Below are positions 11,801 to 24,590 of a stretch of 64,000 bases of DNA, piece by piece. The DNA is from Azolla caroliniana (lineage: Eukaryota; Plantae; Polypodiophyta): positions 2,356,001-2,420,000 of the forward strand of contig JBHGNT010000011.1 of assembly GCA_043228905.1 (NCBI GenBank). Direction: 5' to 3'. The position numbers and the translations under genes were made by a program. Under the pieces are notes generated by a model. The model ran no database searches, had not been told where the DNA came from, and saw only the letters and a list, made by a program, of their open reading frames with translations. Every line of letters starts with the position of its first letter. Position 1 is the stretch's first letter.

Positions 11801-13511
11801 GGTCGGGTCCTAAACAAAAATAGACAAATTCTATAAATAAAATACTAATAACAGAAATTCATTTACAAAACCTGATCTTGTGCACAATATTTCCAGTCTG
11901 AGTAAAGCAAAGAGAGACAGAAGCCAAACACAGCAATGTACTACACACATGCACATACAGAAAACATTAATGTCTGGATAGGAACAAAACAGACAAAATC
12001 AAGATTAAGCATAGACATGGCATTCTTGAGAACCATATTAAAATCAGGTTACAAACTAATAAGGGCACAATACCATGTGACATGGGCATTTCATCCCTAT
12101 TCCAGTGATTAAGTCAAAAAGAGTATTATACACAAGTATTTTATAGGTGGAGAACGAAAATGACAGGTAGAGAAATTCTTACCACAGAAATCTGACCTTT
12201 ATAAAGTTCACCCAGAAACGCAAGTGCAAATAATGCACATCAGTCCACGATCAAGTGTAGCAAAACATGTGTAAAGCATCTATAGTACCAGATACAGGAG
12301 TGCATCATCCCATCAAAAGGGCTCTGCCAGTGGGTGAGTGAATAATGTGTGGAAAAGCCATATCTCTGGCCTCCTCTTTCATTTTCTAATTATTCCTTTA
12401 TTACTAGCTAGCTTAAACTTATACTGTTTAATGCATTGGTTCTAAACACACAATCCTAACTTCCTTGCAAGCTAAGCATAGTACAATGATCTGTAATCTT
12501 GCTTGCTTCACACCCATCATCCATAGAAGAAAACATTGCCAGCCGATGGTGGGTGATCATCTCCATACTATTTCATCACTAATTATTGTTCAATTGCTTG
12601 CTAAATAAGTTCACTTGATGTACACTCGTCTTCTATTACTAATTCCGCTGCACAACCCTCAATTTGTTACCATCAACTGAATTTCTGTCTATTAACAATG
12701 CATCAATCCTCTAATTTATCACAAACACGTACCTTTTTTACTCATACCAGTAACCAGATATACATCTGGCATGATCAGGGGGAAGTTCCTTCCCTATTTC
12801 CAACAATTTCGGTAACGTTACCGCTTCTAGATATTTGCCAATCAAGTGTTCACACAATCCTCAGTAACATCAGCAATCAAATGTTAGCGCAATCCATAAT
12901 TGCATGAGCAATCAAGTGTTAGAACAATCCGGGGTATGTCATTTGTCAGCTAGCTTTTGACTATTTAAAGATGTATCAGTGTTAACTAAGGATTACTTTA
13001 CAAGCTAACCGTAGCAAAAAGACAGGATGAAATACATTAAGAACTGATGACAAGGCGGAGAAATCGAACGGACTCTGGAACTTCAGCTCTTCCTGACCAG
13101 TAACTTCTGCCTTTTTTGATCCTTCACTTGATGAAACCGAAGCTTGCTGATCAGCCTTTTCCTTCACATCTAGCAAAAGGCAGAAGAAAAAAAGCAAATG
13201 CCTGATCTTGTAAGAAATTAACCGTGGGAAAATTGTTGCTAAAACACAACGTGTACAGAACACATATCAAAACACAAGAAACAAAAGCAAAAAAAGCAAG
13301 ACTGAAAGGAGCGGGGGGAGATCATGTAAGAAACTTCCGATCATGTAAGAAACCATGGAGGAAAGTAACTTGAGGCGAAAATAAGGAAGCAAAAAAAAGT
13401 GGAAGGTTTTGATGGCAGTTCAGCCCGTTTTCTTTCTGTTTCGAAAAGTCAAGAGAGGAAGGAAGGAAAAAAAGAAGCGGATTGTAGAGTACCTGAAGGT
13501 GAAGAAGCCAT
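8845..13511 (-). CDS. AKR2: Ankyrin repeat-containing protein 2 (AKR2A/B-like chaperone for organelle membrane proteins), 8 exons
   Basis: Exons on -: 13511-13493, 13169-13036, 11809-11603, 11496-11348, 10785-10599, 9897-9805, 9603-9464, 8944-8845, all GT-AG and in frame. Motifs [41 protein letters not shown], ankyrins [16 protein letters not shown] and [16 protein letters not shown]-terminus LLEKDAFL*. Confidence 0.96.
10948..11214. repeat. ~133-bp tandem duplication inside AKR2 intron 4
   Basis: ATATTACGTTATCTACTT...GGTTATTCACTTTAA occurs twice back to back with few differences. Confidence 0.9.
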
Positions 13512-13776
13512 GGCGAAAAATCCAATCAATCGGCAGAAAGCGCAGATGGAAGAGTGAAACAGGGAGAAGCTCTTCTCTCAGTATCTGCCTCTGTCTCTGT
13601 TCTCTGTTCTCTGTCTCCGTCTCTGTGTGTATATGTGGATGGGGTTTCTCGGTGTAAATGGGCCCTATTTCTAAGGACCCCACATCCTCTTCTTCTTCTA
13701 AGTTCTTCTCCCTCCATCTGGATCTCCTTCACACATCATTGAGAGAGAGAGAGAGACAAACAGACAAAAAGAGAGA

Positions 13777-14095
13777 GCTTGAATGCATGTAGCTCAGTTC
13801 GTAAGATTGCCCAATGGAGACCAGGTGGTCATGGGTTCGACCCCTGCATTCCACAATGGCATCTAGTGAAATAAGAGGTCTATCTATTGAGTAATAGAGA
13901 GATGAGAAGATTGTGTTCTGAACCCGAGATGTAGTGTTAATGACTTACCACGGGTTCGACCGCTATTCCACAATGGCAACTAGTGAAATAAGAGGTATCT
14001 ATGGAGTAATAAAGAGGTGAGAAGATTGTGTTTTGAACTCGAGACATAGTGTTAATAGTGTAAACGACTTACCACTAGGGTAAGCTGATTACAAT
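13777..14095 (+). mobile_element. tRNA-derived SINE with an internal ~120-bp duplication
   Basis: A box TAGCTCAGTTCG 13790-13801; B box GGTTCGACCCC 13834-13844; acceptor-like stem GAATGCA/TGCATTC. Second B box near 13953; 3' hairpin CTTACC-ACTAG-GGTAAG; candidate TSD AAAAGAGAGA (13767-13776 / 14096-14105). Confidence 0.72.
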
Positions 14096-14699
14096 AAAAG
14101 AGAGATCATGGGACTATTCTCCTTCACAATAATAGTCAAATGTGCATGGATGGCTTGATACAATCGGAGATTCCTCTTTCGGGCATCAAGCCAGAATCGC
14201 TAGTAATTGTCGGTGGCTTTGATGGCGGATTGATTTGCAAACGATCGGTTCAAAAATGGGTGATTTACTTGTTGAATCGCAATATGAAGCCTCAGGAACA
14301 ACGATTATTATGCCTACCTATGCATTTTGGTCACGGCACAATCACCCCCTCGACAAACATATAATCCAAATCCAATGGATTCTGCAACACCTATGGAGAT
14401 TGAGATGTGACACGTCAATGAGAACCCTTACTAGACAAGGAAAAGCAATGACTTCGAAGCAAATCGTCTTTGCTTATATTGCGGTGGTCTAGGACATATA
14501 ACAGTAAATTTTCCCCATAGGCCGAGGCTTCAGGTAAACCAAATCATTACTATTAGTAAACCTGAGTTTAGTAAATTTTACCCATAGGCTGAGCCATCAT
14601 GCAATCATTTCGGTAGCCTGATATTAACAAATCAATTTGAGGTATGTACTAAGTTAGCTAGATGAAGAGGTAAACCAGTGAGTCCAACCAAAATTGGAG

Positions 14700-15290
14700 C
14701 CATTTGGTTGGACAATCATAGGTTGTTCCAGCCAATCCCTAGTAATGGTTTCATTTTGTCCAATCACGTTAGTAGTGGTTTCTCATCCCTAGTCCAAGTA
14801 AGCACATCAAGTAGTACCACTATACATGTTCTTGCTCTCTTATATACTAGTGCTAGCTCTCGCTTCATGGATCAAGATTTTGCATTGACACACAAAATAA
14901 CTTTAGAAAAGCTTCATTGTCTAACTTCAATTATAGTCATTGATGGTCGACCTATTGCTTCTGGAGCCTAGCAATATAGTAGAAGAGTTTGAACCAGTTC
15001 GAGCGGTCTTAGAAGAATTGGCATGTGTGATATCTTTCATTATAATTAATAGTTTTGAACATCCAATTGTCCTTGGTTTGCCCTTGTTTGAGCTGCGTAA
15101 TCCAAAGATTAATTGGTAAACCTGAGTAATTTGTAGTTGAAAACAAGTCAATACACAAGTTATCCCCATAGATACCATCACTCAACCCCATAAGGTGTCA
15201 ACGATTTTAGTGCAAGAGCTATGTCGAGAAGGGCAACAAGAAGACATGTTCTTATTTGCAGTAACAACCAACCTTTCTGCTACTCTTGAC
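14700..15290 (+). mobile_element. Degenerate Ty3/Gypsy (chromovirus-type) aspartic protease remnant
   Basis: Translates as VLALLYTSASSRFMDQDFA...VIDGRPIASG, then HPIVLGLP..ELRNPKINW, a decayed ALLDSGAS protease with stops. Confidence 0.65.
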
Positions 15291-16150
15291 AATATCTCTC
15301 AAAATGAGAGAGAATCACAAGATAAAGAGAGAGAAGTATGATAAAAGGAAGCACAAGGATAGGAACAACTTAGAGGCTTAAGCCTAGTGTTGAACCGAAT
15401 TGGTTGTGAATAATACAATATGCCTCTATTTATAGGGCTTTCAAGAATATTTCTATTAAAGTTTCTAGAATATTTGTGAATTTTCCGGAATGAAATAACA
15501 AATGAAAATAATATCTTATGTATTACAACATTTATCCTAATGGTAAGGCCTCAACCCGTGTACTATAGTCACGGGTTCATTTCCTATTTGAGGCCATATC
15601 ATGACAGTATCCCCTTCTTCGAACGACAAGTGATTTACGAGTTGTCTTTAGTTGAGGACATTGTTTGTTTGGATATTATCAATGAAATTCCTCAACAAGG
15701 GTTCAAGTATTTGCAACATGCTCTACAGGTTCCCAAGTAAGGTCACTCGGATTATATCCTAGTATAGTCCATCCACCAAATAATAGAGCTTGTTGCGATC
15801 AATCTTGGAATCAAGAATAGCAGCGACTTTGTACTTTGGTCCATCTTCAAGTTCGACAACGGTGGAGGTGGTGTAGTATGATTTGGAATATAACTTACTT
15901 GGCATGGTTCTAAGAGAGAATGGTGAAATACTGGATGTATCCATAATTGTGGAGGTAGATAAAGGTAAAAGTTTACATCATTACTTTTTCTATTAATGAC
16001 AAAAGGGCCTAACTGTTGATAATCCAAGTTGGCACATGGTCTGGTTGTGTTTATAGGTCATCGTAGTAGCCATACTCGATCTCCAACTTCAAAACTAGAT
16101 GAAAGTTGATGATTATTTGCATTGTCTTTCTCTGTTAGTTGAGCTTGATG

Positions 16151-19100
16151 TGACGGGAACCCAACATTCCTTATGCGCAACGCTCGGCCACAACCGAGCT
16201 TAGAATGATGCACAGAAAAAACGGGAAATAAAACGCGACACAAAGGAGAGGAAGAATACACAGGAGGTTAACGTGGAAAACCCCAAACTAGGGGAAAAAA
16301 CCACGGCAGCCCACAGGCTGCAAACTGTCACTATGTAAGAATGTACAAAACAGTGAGTTCACGGAGGCAACGACCTCGTGCTCACGATCTTCGCCACAGG
16401 CGGCGGTTACAACAGAGGCAATGACCTCGTCTCTCTCTCTCTCTCTCTGTACAGTTACGCACTCTCTCTTCTTCTTGCACCAACAAGGGAAAAATAACAA
16501 CAACCAACAGTTCCTAAAAGTTTGCCCTAAGTCATATTTATACTAATATGACTTTTCGGCTATTTACAAAAGTAGCCTCGATGGGCTCTCAGAAACATAT
16601 TTACGAATATGTCTCTTCATCCGGTTCATACCGGGCCTGTACCATCCGGCTCTCCGTAGCCGAGTACTCCTCATCCGGTTCATACCGGGCCTGCACCATC
16701 CGGCTCTCCGTAGCCGGGTACTCCTCATCCGGTTCATACCGGGCCTGCACCATCCGGTTTCGGCCTCGACCGAGTTTGTTCATCAGCACTGATCTTCTCC
16801 CTTCCCATCCGGAGGGACCTGTCTCCCAACAAACTCCCCCTTCACTCCGGCATGGGGTGTCTTACCAGTCCGATCCTCTTCCGGCATGCGTCCAGCTTGT
16901 CGGGTATCAGCACTTTGGTCAGCATATCTGACCCGTTCTCGGCCGTGTGGATCTTCGTCAGTGCGAACTCTTGGTCATCTACTCTTTCCCGGATCCAGTG
17001 ATACCTCCGCTGGATATGCTTCGTCCGGGAATGGTAGGCCGCATTCTTAGCAAGGTGGATGACACTTTGACTGTCACAGTAGAGTCGGTATTCCTCTTGC
17101 CGGATACCGAGCTCTCCGATGAAGTGCTTCATCCATAATATTTCCTTGCCGGCTTCCACAGCCGCCATGTACTCCGCCTCTGTGGTTGACAATGCAACCG
17201 TCTTCTGCAGCCTCGACTGCCACGAAACAGCTCCCCCTGCATATGTCATCACATACCCAGATATAGACCGGCTGGTATCCACATCAGCCGACATGTCCGA
17301 ATCGGTGAAACCGTCCAGTTGAGGTTTTCCGGAGCCGAATCGGAGACACATATTTGAAGTGCCCTTCAAATACCGGAGTATCCACTTGACCGCGTTCCAG
17401 TGCTCCTTGCCGGGATTGCTCATAAACCGGCTCACCACTTCGACTGCGTATCCAATGTCCGGTCGGGTACAAACCATTGCGTACATCAAGCTCTCGACAG
17501 CAGAGGCATATGGGATCTTCATCATATCCGCCTTCTTTGCTTTCGTCTTCGGGCTTTGCTTACCGGATAGCCTGCAGTTTGCCGGAAGTGTTGATCCGAC
17601 CAGTTTCGATTCTGACATGTTGAACCGGTGAAGCACCTTTGTCACGTACTTCTCCTGTGACAACCATAATTGCTTCGCTTTCCGGTTACGGATGATGTGC
17701 ATCCCCAGCATCTGTCTTGCCGGACCCAAGTCTTTCATTGAGAAGGTCTGGTTGAGAGCCTTCTTCAGCATCCGTATTTTTACTTGGTCTCGTCCGACGA
17801 TCAACATGTCATCCACGTATAGGAGGAGTATCAGGAAGTCCTCTCCTTCGAACTTCTTCACAAACACGCAGTGATCGGCCTGCGTCTTGTGGTACCCTTG
17901 ATCGGTCATGAAGGAGTCGAACTTCCGGTACCATTGCCGGGGAGCCTGCTTCAGTCCGTACAGGCTCTTCTTCAACCGGCATACCAGGTGCTCCTTCCCT
18001 TTCTCCACAAATCCTTCCAGTTGCTGCATGTAGATCTCCTCTTCGAGGTCGCCGTGAAGGAATGCCGTCTTCACGTCCAACTGCTCTACCTTGAGGTCCA
18101 TGCTTGCCGCTATACTCAGCACCGTCCGGATGGAGGTCATCTTTACTACCGGGGCAAATATCTCGTCGAAATCCACGCCCTTCTTCTGTTGGAACCCCTT
18201 CACCATGATCCTGGCTTTGTATCTCGGGGGGTTTCCGGCATCTCCCGGTTTCAACTTGTACACCCACTTGTTTCGGAGTGCCCGCTTTCCTTTCGGCAAC
18301 TCCACCAATTCATATGTATGGTTCTCATGCAGGGAATCCATCTCATCCTGCATGGCACTTAACCATTTTCGGTTGTGGGTGTCTTCCTTCGCTTCTTCGA
18401 AGCTTTCCGGCTCGCCCTCATCGGTCAGCAGAACATGCTCTGCATCCGGAAATCTTCGGGGGGCCCTTCTCTCTCTGAGAGGATATCTCCGTCTTCGGGC
18501 TTCGGTAACCGGCTCCTCCATTTGCTCTTCATCCGAATCCGATTCGGGGTCTTGGCCGGTTCCGGTCTCAGCTTCCTCTACCTCTTCTTCTGCCGGTTCG
18601 GTATCCTCACCGTAACCGGCTGGTTCCTCGAGTGCTAACCGGTCTCTTGCCGGTTGGGTCTGCTCATCATAGAGTCTATCCTTACCGGTCGACTCGGAGT
18701 TCATTATCTTCTTCTCCGACTCCCAGTCGGCGAGCGTTTTGTTCTCCATGAAGATAATATCTCGACTCCGGAATACCTTCTTGTCGAGCGGGTCCCACAC
18801 TCGGTAGCCGAACTCATCGTCACCGTAACCGAGGAATATGCATGGCCGAGTCTTTGGATCTAGCTTTCCTCTCCGGTCCTTAGCTACATGCACGTACGCG
18901 AGACACCCGAACACCTTCAGATGCCGGTAGGATACTTCCTTACCGGTCCACACTCTCTGTGGCGTGTCTCCGTCCAAGGGTACTGAGGGTGATCTATTAA
19001 TCACATATGTCGCCGTCAACAGTGCCTCAGCCCAAAACTTCTTGGGTAGTTTTGCATGCGCTAGCATACTCCGGACCCTCTCCATTATGGTCCGGTTCAT

Positions 19101-21707
19101 CCTCTCGGCCAGTCCGTTTAGTTCCGGCGTCTTCGGCACGGTAAATTCGAGCCGGATTCCCTTCGAGCGGCAGTACTCCTCGAACTACCCCCGGTATTCT
19201 CCTCCGTTATCTGCTCGAACCGCCTTCAGCTTCCGGCCGGTTTCTCTTTCCACTCTCGCGTGGAGGTCTTTGAAGACGGATAACACTTGATCCTTCGTCT
19301 TCAACGGTGTGGCCCACAACTTCCGGCTGTGGTCATCTATGAACGTCACGAAGTACTGCACTCCAGCGTGTGACTTCGTGTCTACTTAACACACATCTGT
19401 ATGCACCGACTCTAGTGGTGCATTACGTCTCATCGGTGGCCTTGGTCGGAAGGAGGTCCAGTTTTGCTTACCGGCCAGACAATCAGTGCACTTCTCCAAG
19501 TGCACGTTCTTCACTGGAATGAGGTTGTCGTTTGGAAGCCTCTTTATCCCCTTCTCGCTCATATGACACAACCTCTTGTGCCACAGCTCACCGGCAGTGT
19601 CAGAAGCCACGTTCACTTCTTCCGGACATAACCGGGCATTCATCAGGTACAGGGTGTTTACCTTCCGGGCCCGAGCCACAATCAGGCTCCCTTTGCTGAA
19701 CTTCAGGACACCGTTCCGGATGCTACCCGTGTAGCCTTCATCATCTAGCCGACCGGCTGATATCAGGTTCAGTCGAACCTCCGGAACGTGTTGGACATGC
19801 CTCAGCAGCAACTTGCATCCGGTTGGTGTTGACAGCCACACGTCTCCCATGCCGACAATTCGGCATGTACCTTCATTCCCCATCTGGACACAGCCGTGAT
19901 CACCGGCTGAATAGGATGAGAAGCATTTCCGGTCCGGGGTAAGGTGGAACGACGCTCCGGAGTCTACCACCCAGTTCATCTCGTCGCCGGCAAGGTTTAT
20001 TTCACTCTCCTCGGTGATGAGCATCAACTCCTCTTCACTTGCCGTGATTGCCATCGTTCCCTTCCGGTCCGGCCCCCTCCGGTCTTTACCGTTTCGGTCC
20101 GGGGTTTGCTTCGAATCGGTACCGTCGGTTTCCTTGTCTTTACGGAAATGCCGACAGTTCTTTTGGAAGTGTCCCGGCTTGCCGCAATAGAAGCAAGTAG
20201 GTCTCCCCCTTGACTTTGACCGTGTCCCCGACTTCTCCCGATTCTAGGGACTATGGTTTCTATGTCTTCCGCGTTCCGATTCGGTAAGGAGCGCTTTGGA
20301 GTCGGAGCTCGTATCTTTGTCTTTCCGACGCGCCTCCTCATCTAGCAAGCTCGACTTTACTCTTGCTAGGGATAACCGTTTTCCTTCCGGCCCGGCGTTG
20401 CCCAAAGTGACAACCAACGTCTCCCAGCTATCCGGGAGGGAACCGAGCAGGAGTAGTGCTAGTACCTCATCGGCAAGAGGTACTTCCAATGACGTTGCCT
20501 GATGTATCAGCCCCTGGAAGGCATTCATGTGCTCCGCCATGTTGGAGCCATCTTGGTACCAGAGTCTTACTAGCTTCCGGAATACCGACACCTGATTGAC
20601 AGCATTTTTGTTCTGGAAAATTATGCCGATCTTCTCCTAGAGCTCATGAGCCTTGCTCTCTTCATTGAAGTTGTTGTATAGGCTCATGTCGATGAAGCAC
20701 TGTATGTACGCCATTGTCTTCATGTGCATCAACTCCCATATCGCGGCGTCGATTTTGTCCGGTCTCTTGTCCCCGAACTGAACCGGCAGCCAGAGGTCTT
20801 TAACAACGAGCATGTCCCTCATCTTCGACTTCCACACTGAATAGTTGGAGCCGGTGAGCTTGAACATGCCGCCAAACGATTCGTCCATTTTCTGTGTCGA
20901 TTTCGCTCTGATACCACTTGACGGGAACCCAACGTTCCTTATGCGCAACGCTCGGCCACAACCGAGCTTAGAATGATACACAGAAAAAACGGGAAATAAA
21001 ACGCGACACAAAGGAGAGGAAGAATACACAGGAGGTTAACGTGGAAAACCCCAAACTAGGGGAAAAAACCACGGCAGCCCACAGGCTGCAAACTGTCACT
21101 ATGTAAGAATGTACAAAACAGTGAGTTCACGGAGGCAACGACCTCATGCTCACGATCTTCGCCACAGGCGGCGGTTACAACAGAGGCAACGACCTCGTCT
21201 CTCTCTCTCTCTCTCTGTACAGTTACGCACCCTCTCTTCTACTTGCACCAACAAGGGAAAAATAACAACAACCAACAGTTCCTAAAAGTTTGCCCTAAGT
21301 CATATTTATACTAATATGACTTTTCGGCTATTTACAAAAGTAGCCTCGATGGGCTCTCAGAAACATATTTACGAATATGTCTCTTCATCCGGTTCATACC
21401 GGGCCTGTACCATCCGGCTCTCCGTAGCCGAGTACTCCTCATCCGGTTCATACCGGGCCTGCACCATCCGGCTCTCCGTAGCTGGGTACTCCTCATCCGG
21501 TTCATACCGGGCCTGCACCATCTGGCTCTCCGTAGCCAGGTACTCCTCATCCGGTTCATACCGGGCCTGCACCATCCGGCTCTCCGTAGCCGGGTACTCC
21601 TCATCCGGTTCATACTGGGCCTGCACCATCCGGTTTCGGCCTCGGTCGAGTTTGTTCATCGGCACTGATCTTCTCCCTTCCCATCCGGAGGGACCTGTCT
21701 CCCAACA
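16151..21707 (-). mobile_element. Full-length Ty1/copia, Tnt1/Tork lineage (element T1)
   Basis: LTRs 20919-21707 (5') and 16151-16831 (3'), TG...CA. TSD TGATG (16146-16150 / 21708-21712); PBS tRNA-iMet TGGTATCAGAGC at 20905-20916; PPT next to 16832. Confidence 0.97.
16842..20888 (-). pseudogene. gag-pol of T1: one reading frame with at least 4 premature stops
   Basis: ORF pieces 20637-, 20244-, 19386- and 16842- share a frame. Zinc knuckle, protease WVVDSGASFH, GAG-pre-integrase, integrase, RT (LYGLKQAPRQW, YVDD) and RNase H. Confidence 0.93.
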
Positions 21708-22649
21708 TGATGTAGATGATTGGAAAGTTTTTCCTAAATTTGTCGCCATCGATCCAAATGATCATGAACACAAGGATTTGTTGGTAATTCAAGAGCTTCG
21801 AATAAATACCACCAAGGATGATAATCTTTGTATGCATAGAATGGCGTAACCCTAATAGAGGAGCGGATAAAATTATTATATGCAAATTTTGCAATAGGTG
21901 ATATATCAACCCAATTATCTTGTTGATAACTGATGAAAAAACTAAGATACTGCTCCGATGTCTGATTTGCATGTTCTATTTGTCCATCAATTTGAGGATG
22001 ATAGCTTGAGGAGAGTTTGCAGGAGACCTTGAGCATTGTGAAGAGATGTTTCCAAAATTTAGATATAAATTGAGGTCCATGATCACTGATGATGTTGTTG
22101 GAAAGACCATGGTGACGAAAAACTTCACGCATAACGAGATTTGTTGTGTCCTCACTAGTGATATCTTTAGTACATGGCAAGAAATGTGCCATTTTAGCAT
22201 AATAATTGATCAAATACAATTAAGATAGCATTTGTCATGACACAACATCGTGACAAAATTGAACCCCTTAGAATTTGGAAGATTTGTAATAATGACTAAA
22301 GACATAGATTGCCATGGCCTGCTTGGAATTGGTAATAGCGACAATAAACCATACGAATGATGTAGGGGCATCTTTGCTCTACAACATGTATCACATGTGC
22401 GAACATAATCTTCGACAAATTTGTGTAGATGAGGCCACCAAAATGATCGTGTTACCAAATCCAATGTTTAATCGATACCAAAAATGCCCAGACGTATATG
22501 TATCATGGTAATTTTGTATGACTTGGGGACGAGATGATCCATTAGGAACATAAAGAAGATTTTTGAAGAACAGTAATCCATCATGCCACTTGAATTGCTT
22601 ATAATCCATCGTCTTCTTCAACATACATTTCACATTGGTGATCGTGTAT

Positions 22650-23553
22650 GATTATTGTGTCGTTACATGATAACGACACAACATTGTGACAAACTCGATT
22701 ATCAACAATTGGGACCATTTACAATGTCATCAAAGATTAATAAGGTGGCTTTTCGTCTTGATCTCCCTTCCCATATGTGACATCACCTAGAATTTCATTG
22801 TTCGTCTTTTGAACCTTGTGCCACAAGCACTATTTCAAATCGCGCGGTACCATTGTCGCCTCCTCTCCAACTTGCTAATAATCCTAAAATATGAAGTTGC
22901 ATTGATTCTCAATTCCAAGATCCTGCACAATAAATTATATTATTTGGTGGATTGGTTGGGTTATGATCCAAATGATCGAACATGGGAACCTGCCGAGAAT
23001 TAAGCAAATGCTTTAGATCTGGTCAAAGAATTTCATCGTCAATACCATAACAAACCTAGTCTCGTAGCCATCATGTTGTTTTAGGAGGGGGGGTAGTGTG
23101 ATGCCCACCATCTGATGACATGGATTGAAACTGTGACCTATGTGTACATATGCTATCTGATACATATATTTAATATATTGTAACATAATATCATAATTAG
23201 TAGAACCCTAGAACATTCTACAACTTTGTAGAACTTCTTGGAACATTCTAAAACTTTGTAGAACTTCCTGGAACATTCTAAAACTTTGTAGAACTTCCTG
23301 GAACATTCTAGAAAACCCTAAAGTGTTGCATGACCCACTATATAATGAAGCGCCGTCACTCTTGTCGAACCATTCCGGTTCAACGCCAATCTTGGGTCCT
23401 CCAAGTAAGCTCTCTCTTGTATCTCTTTATCTTAATACATATTTCCTTTCATAGTTTCTCTCGCTCACTCTATCCATTGCTATCTCATTTATCCCTTTCA
23501 TCCATCGCTCATTCTCTCGCTCTTTCTACTACTATCTTGTCTAAGTTATGATA
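22650..23553 (+). mobile_element. Chromovirus 3' fragment: integrase end, chromodomain, PPT and LTR
   Basis: KYEVALILNSKILHNKLYYLVDWLGYDPNDRTWEPAEN (to 23003); PPT AGGAGGGGGGG at ~23083-23093; LTR from TGTGATG at 23097 with a 30-bp tandem repeat at 23211-23310 and a TATA near 23340. Confidence 0.8.
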
Positions 23554-23559
23554 GTGTCC

Positions 23560-24300
23560 AGATGGACTTATACTCGGTCATTCTGAACTTGTAGAGCAGG
23601 TTCATCATTGTAGAGAGTAGGAACAATTTTGGAGCTTGAATAACCTTGATGACAAGAAAATAATGTGAGTCATTCAGATCCTTCATCTCAAACTTTTTTG
23701 AAAGCAACTTTTTAATCGTGTCTCGGTGAGGTTTTCTCTATTGATGACAAGGTTATCAACATATAAGATAATAAAGACCATGCTTTTGGGACAATTGTGG
23801 ATATACAATGAGTTATCAAATTTTGACATCCGAAAACCAAGGTTGTGAAGATACGACGTGATCTTTGAATGCCATGCTCTCGGGGTTTGCTTCAGTTTGT
23901 AGTGTGGCTTATTCAATTGGCAAACTACATGTGGATGTTTGCTCGATTCAAAGACAAGTGGTGGCATTGTGTGAACTTCCTCGAGCTCGCCTTGAAAGAA
24001 CGTGTTCGTGACATCCATTTTATGCAAGTGCCACCTTTTCGCTACTACAATTGCAATTATTGTCCTCACAATAGTCATTTTTGCCACCAAGGCAACTTTT
24101 CATCATAGTCTATGCAATGGGTTTGTGCATACCCCTTGGAGATTGGCCGAGCCTTGAATTGGTTGATCATGCCATATGCATTATGTATTATCTTGAACAT
24201 TTAGTGGTAACCAATTGGCTTCTTCATAGTTCCAGAGGTTGGGACTAAATCGAACAACGCTCGCATCTCCTCCCTCATTGGCTCGATCCAAGTTGATGCA
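23560..24300 (-). mobile_element. Degenerate Ale-like copia reverse transcriptase remnant
   Basis: VAKMTIVRTIIAI..WHLHKMDVTNTFFQGEL, YKLKQTPRAW, ILYVDNL; same family as 27940-38142. Confidence 0.8.
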
Positions 24301-24590
24301 GACAAGAGTAAGAAAGATGAACAGATTAATCCAAGCATAGACAACTTAACAGAGATCAAGATCAAGAATAGAATATGAGAGAGAGAGACAGAGGCAGGAA
24401 GTTGTAGTTGTATTATTCAAGTCTCAGAAGTTACAATACAATAATAGCAACAACAACTACATTCTCCAACCAGGTTACAAGTCCAGTTTATATATGAACT
24501 AAACTAGGGCAACTACCCCAGAATTGTCCTAAACCTAGTATGTCCAAATGAGATGGTGTGAATACGTCCATTATACACCCATATTCGATA
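24301..24590 (-). mobile_element. LTR fragment with adjacent PPT; related copy at ~26560-26915
   Basis: Shares GTGTGAATAC.GCCATTATA.ACCCATATTCGA and GCAACTACCC with 26560-26915; both are followed on + by a C-run (PPT on -). Confidence 0.6.

Larger units (their letters stand above)
15301..22640 (-). mobile_element. Chromovirus (Ty3/Gypsy) remnant: integrase, chromodomain, PPT and 3' LTR, split by the copia at 16151-21707
   Basis: Integrase motifs FWWPHL..YVRTCDTC, IISDHGPQF, YHPQIDGQ and LGPF; chromodomain YKVAAILDSKIDRNKLYYLVD at ~15760-15850; PPT at 15607-15621; LTR begins TGTCATG at 15606. Confidence 0.82.

Noticed and set aside
17871-18615. Long antisense ORFs over Tork pol (also 55034, 62788)
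   Set aside because: Shadow frames of GC-rich coding sequence, recurring only because the elements are paralogous.
21316-21849. ORFs with 18-aa repeats (YSSSGSYRACTIRLSVAG; also 16548, 44566)
   Set aside because: By-products of the stop-free 54-bp U3 repeat, open in several frames and on both strands.
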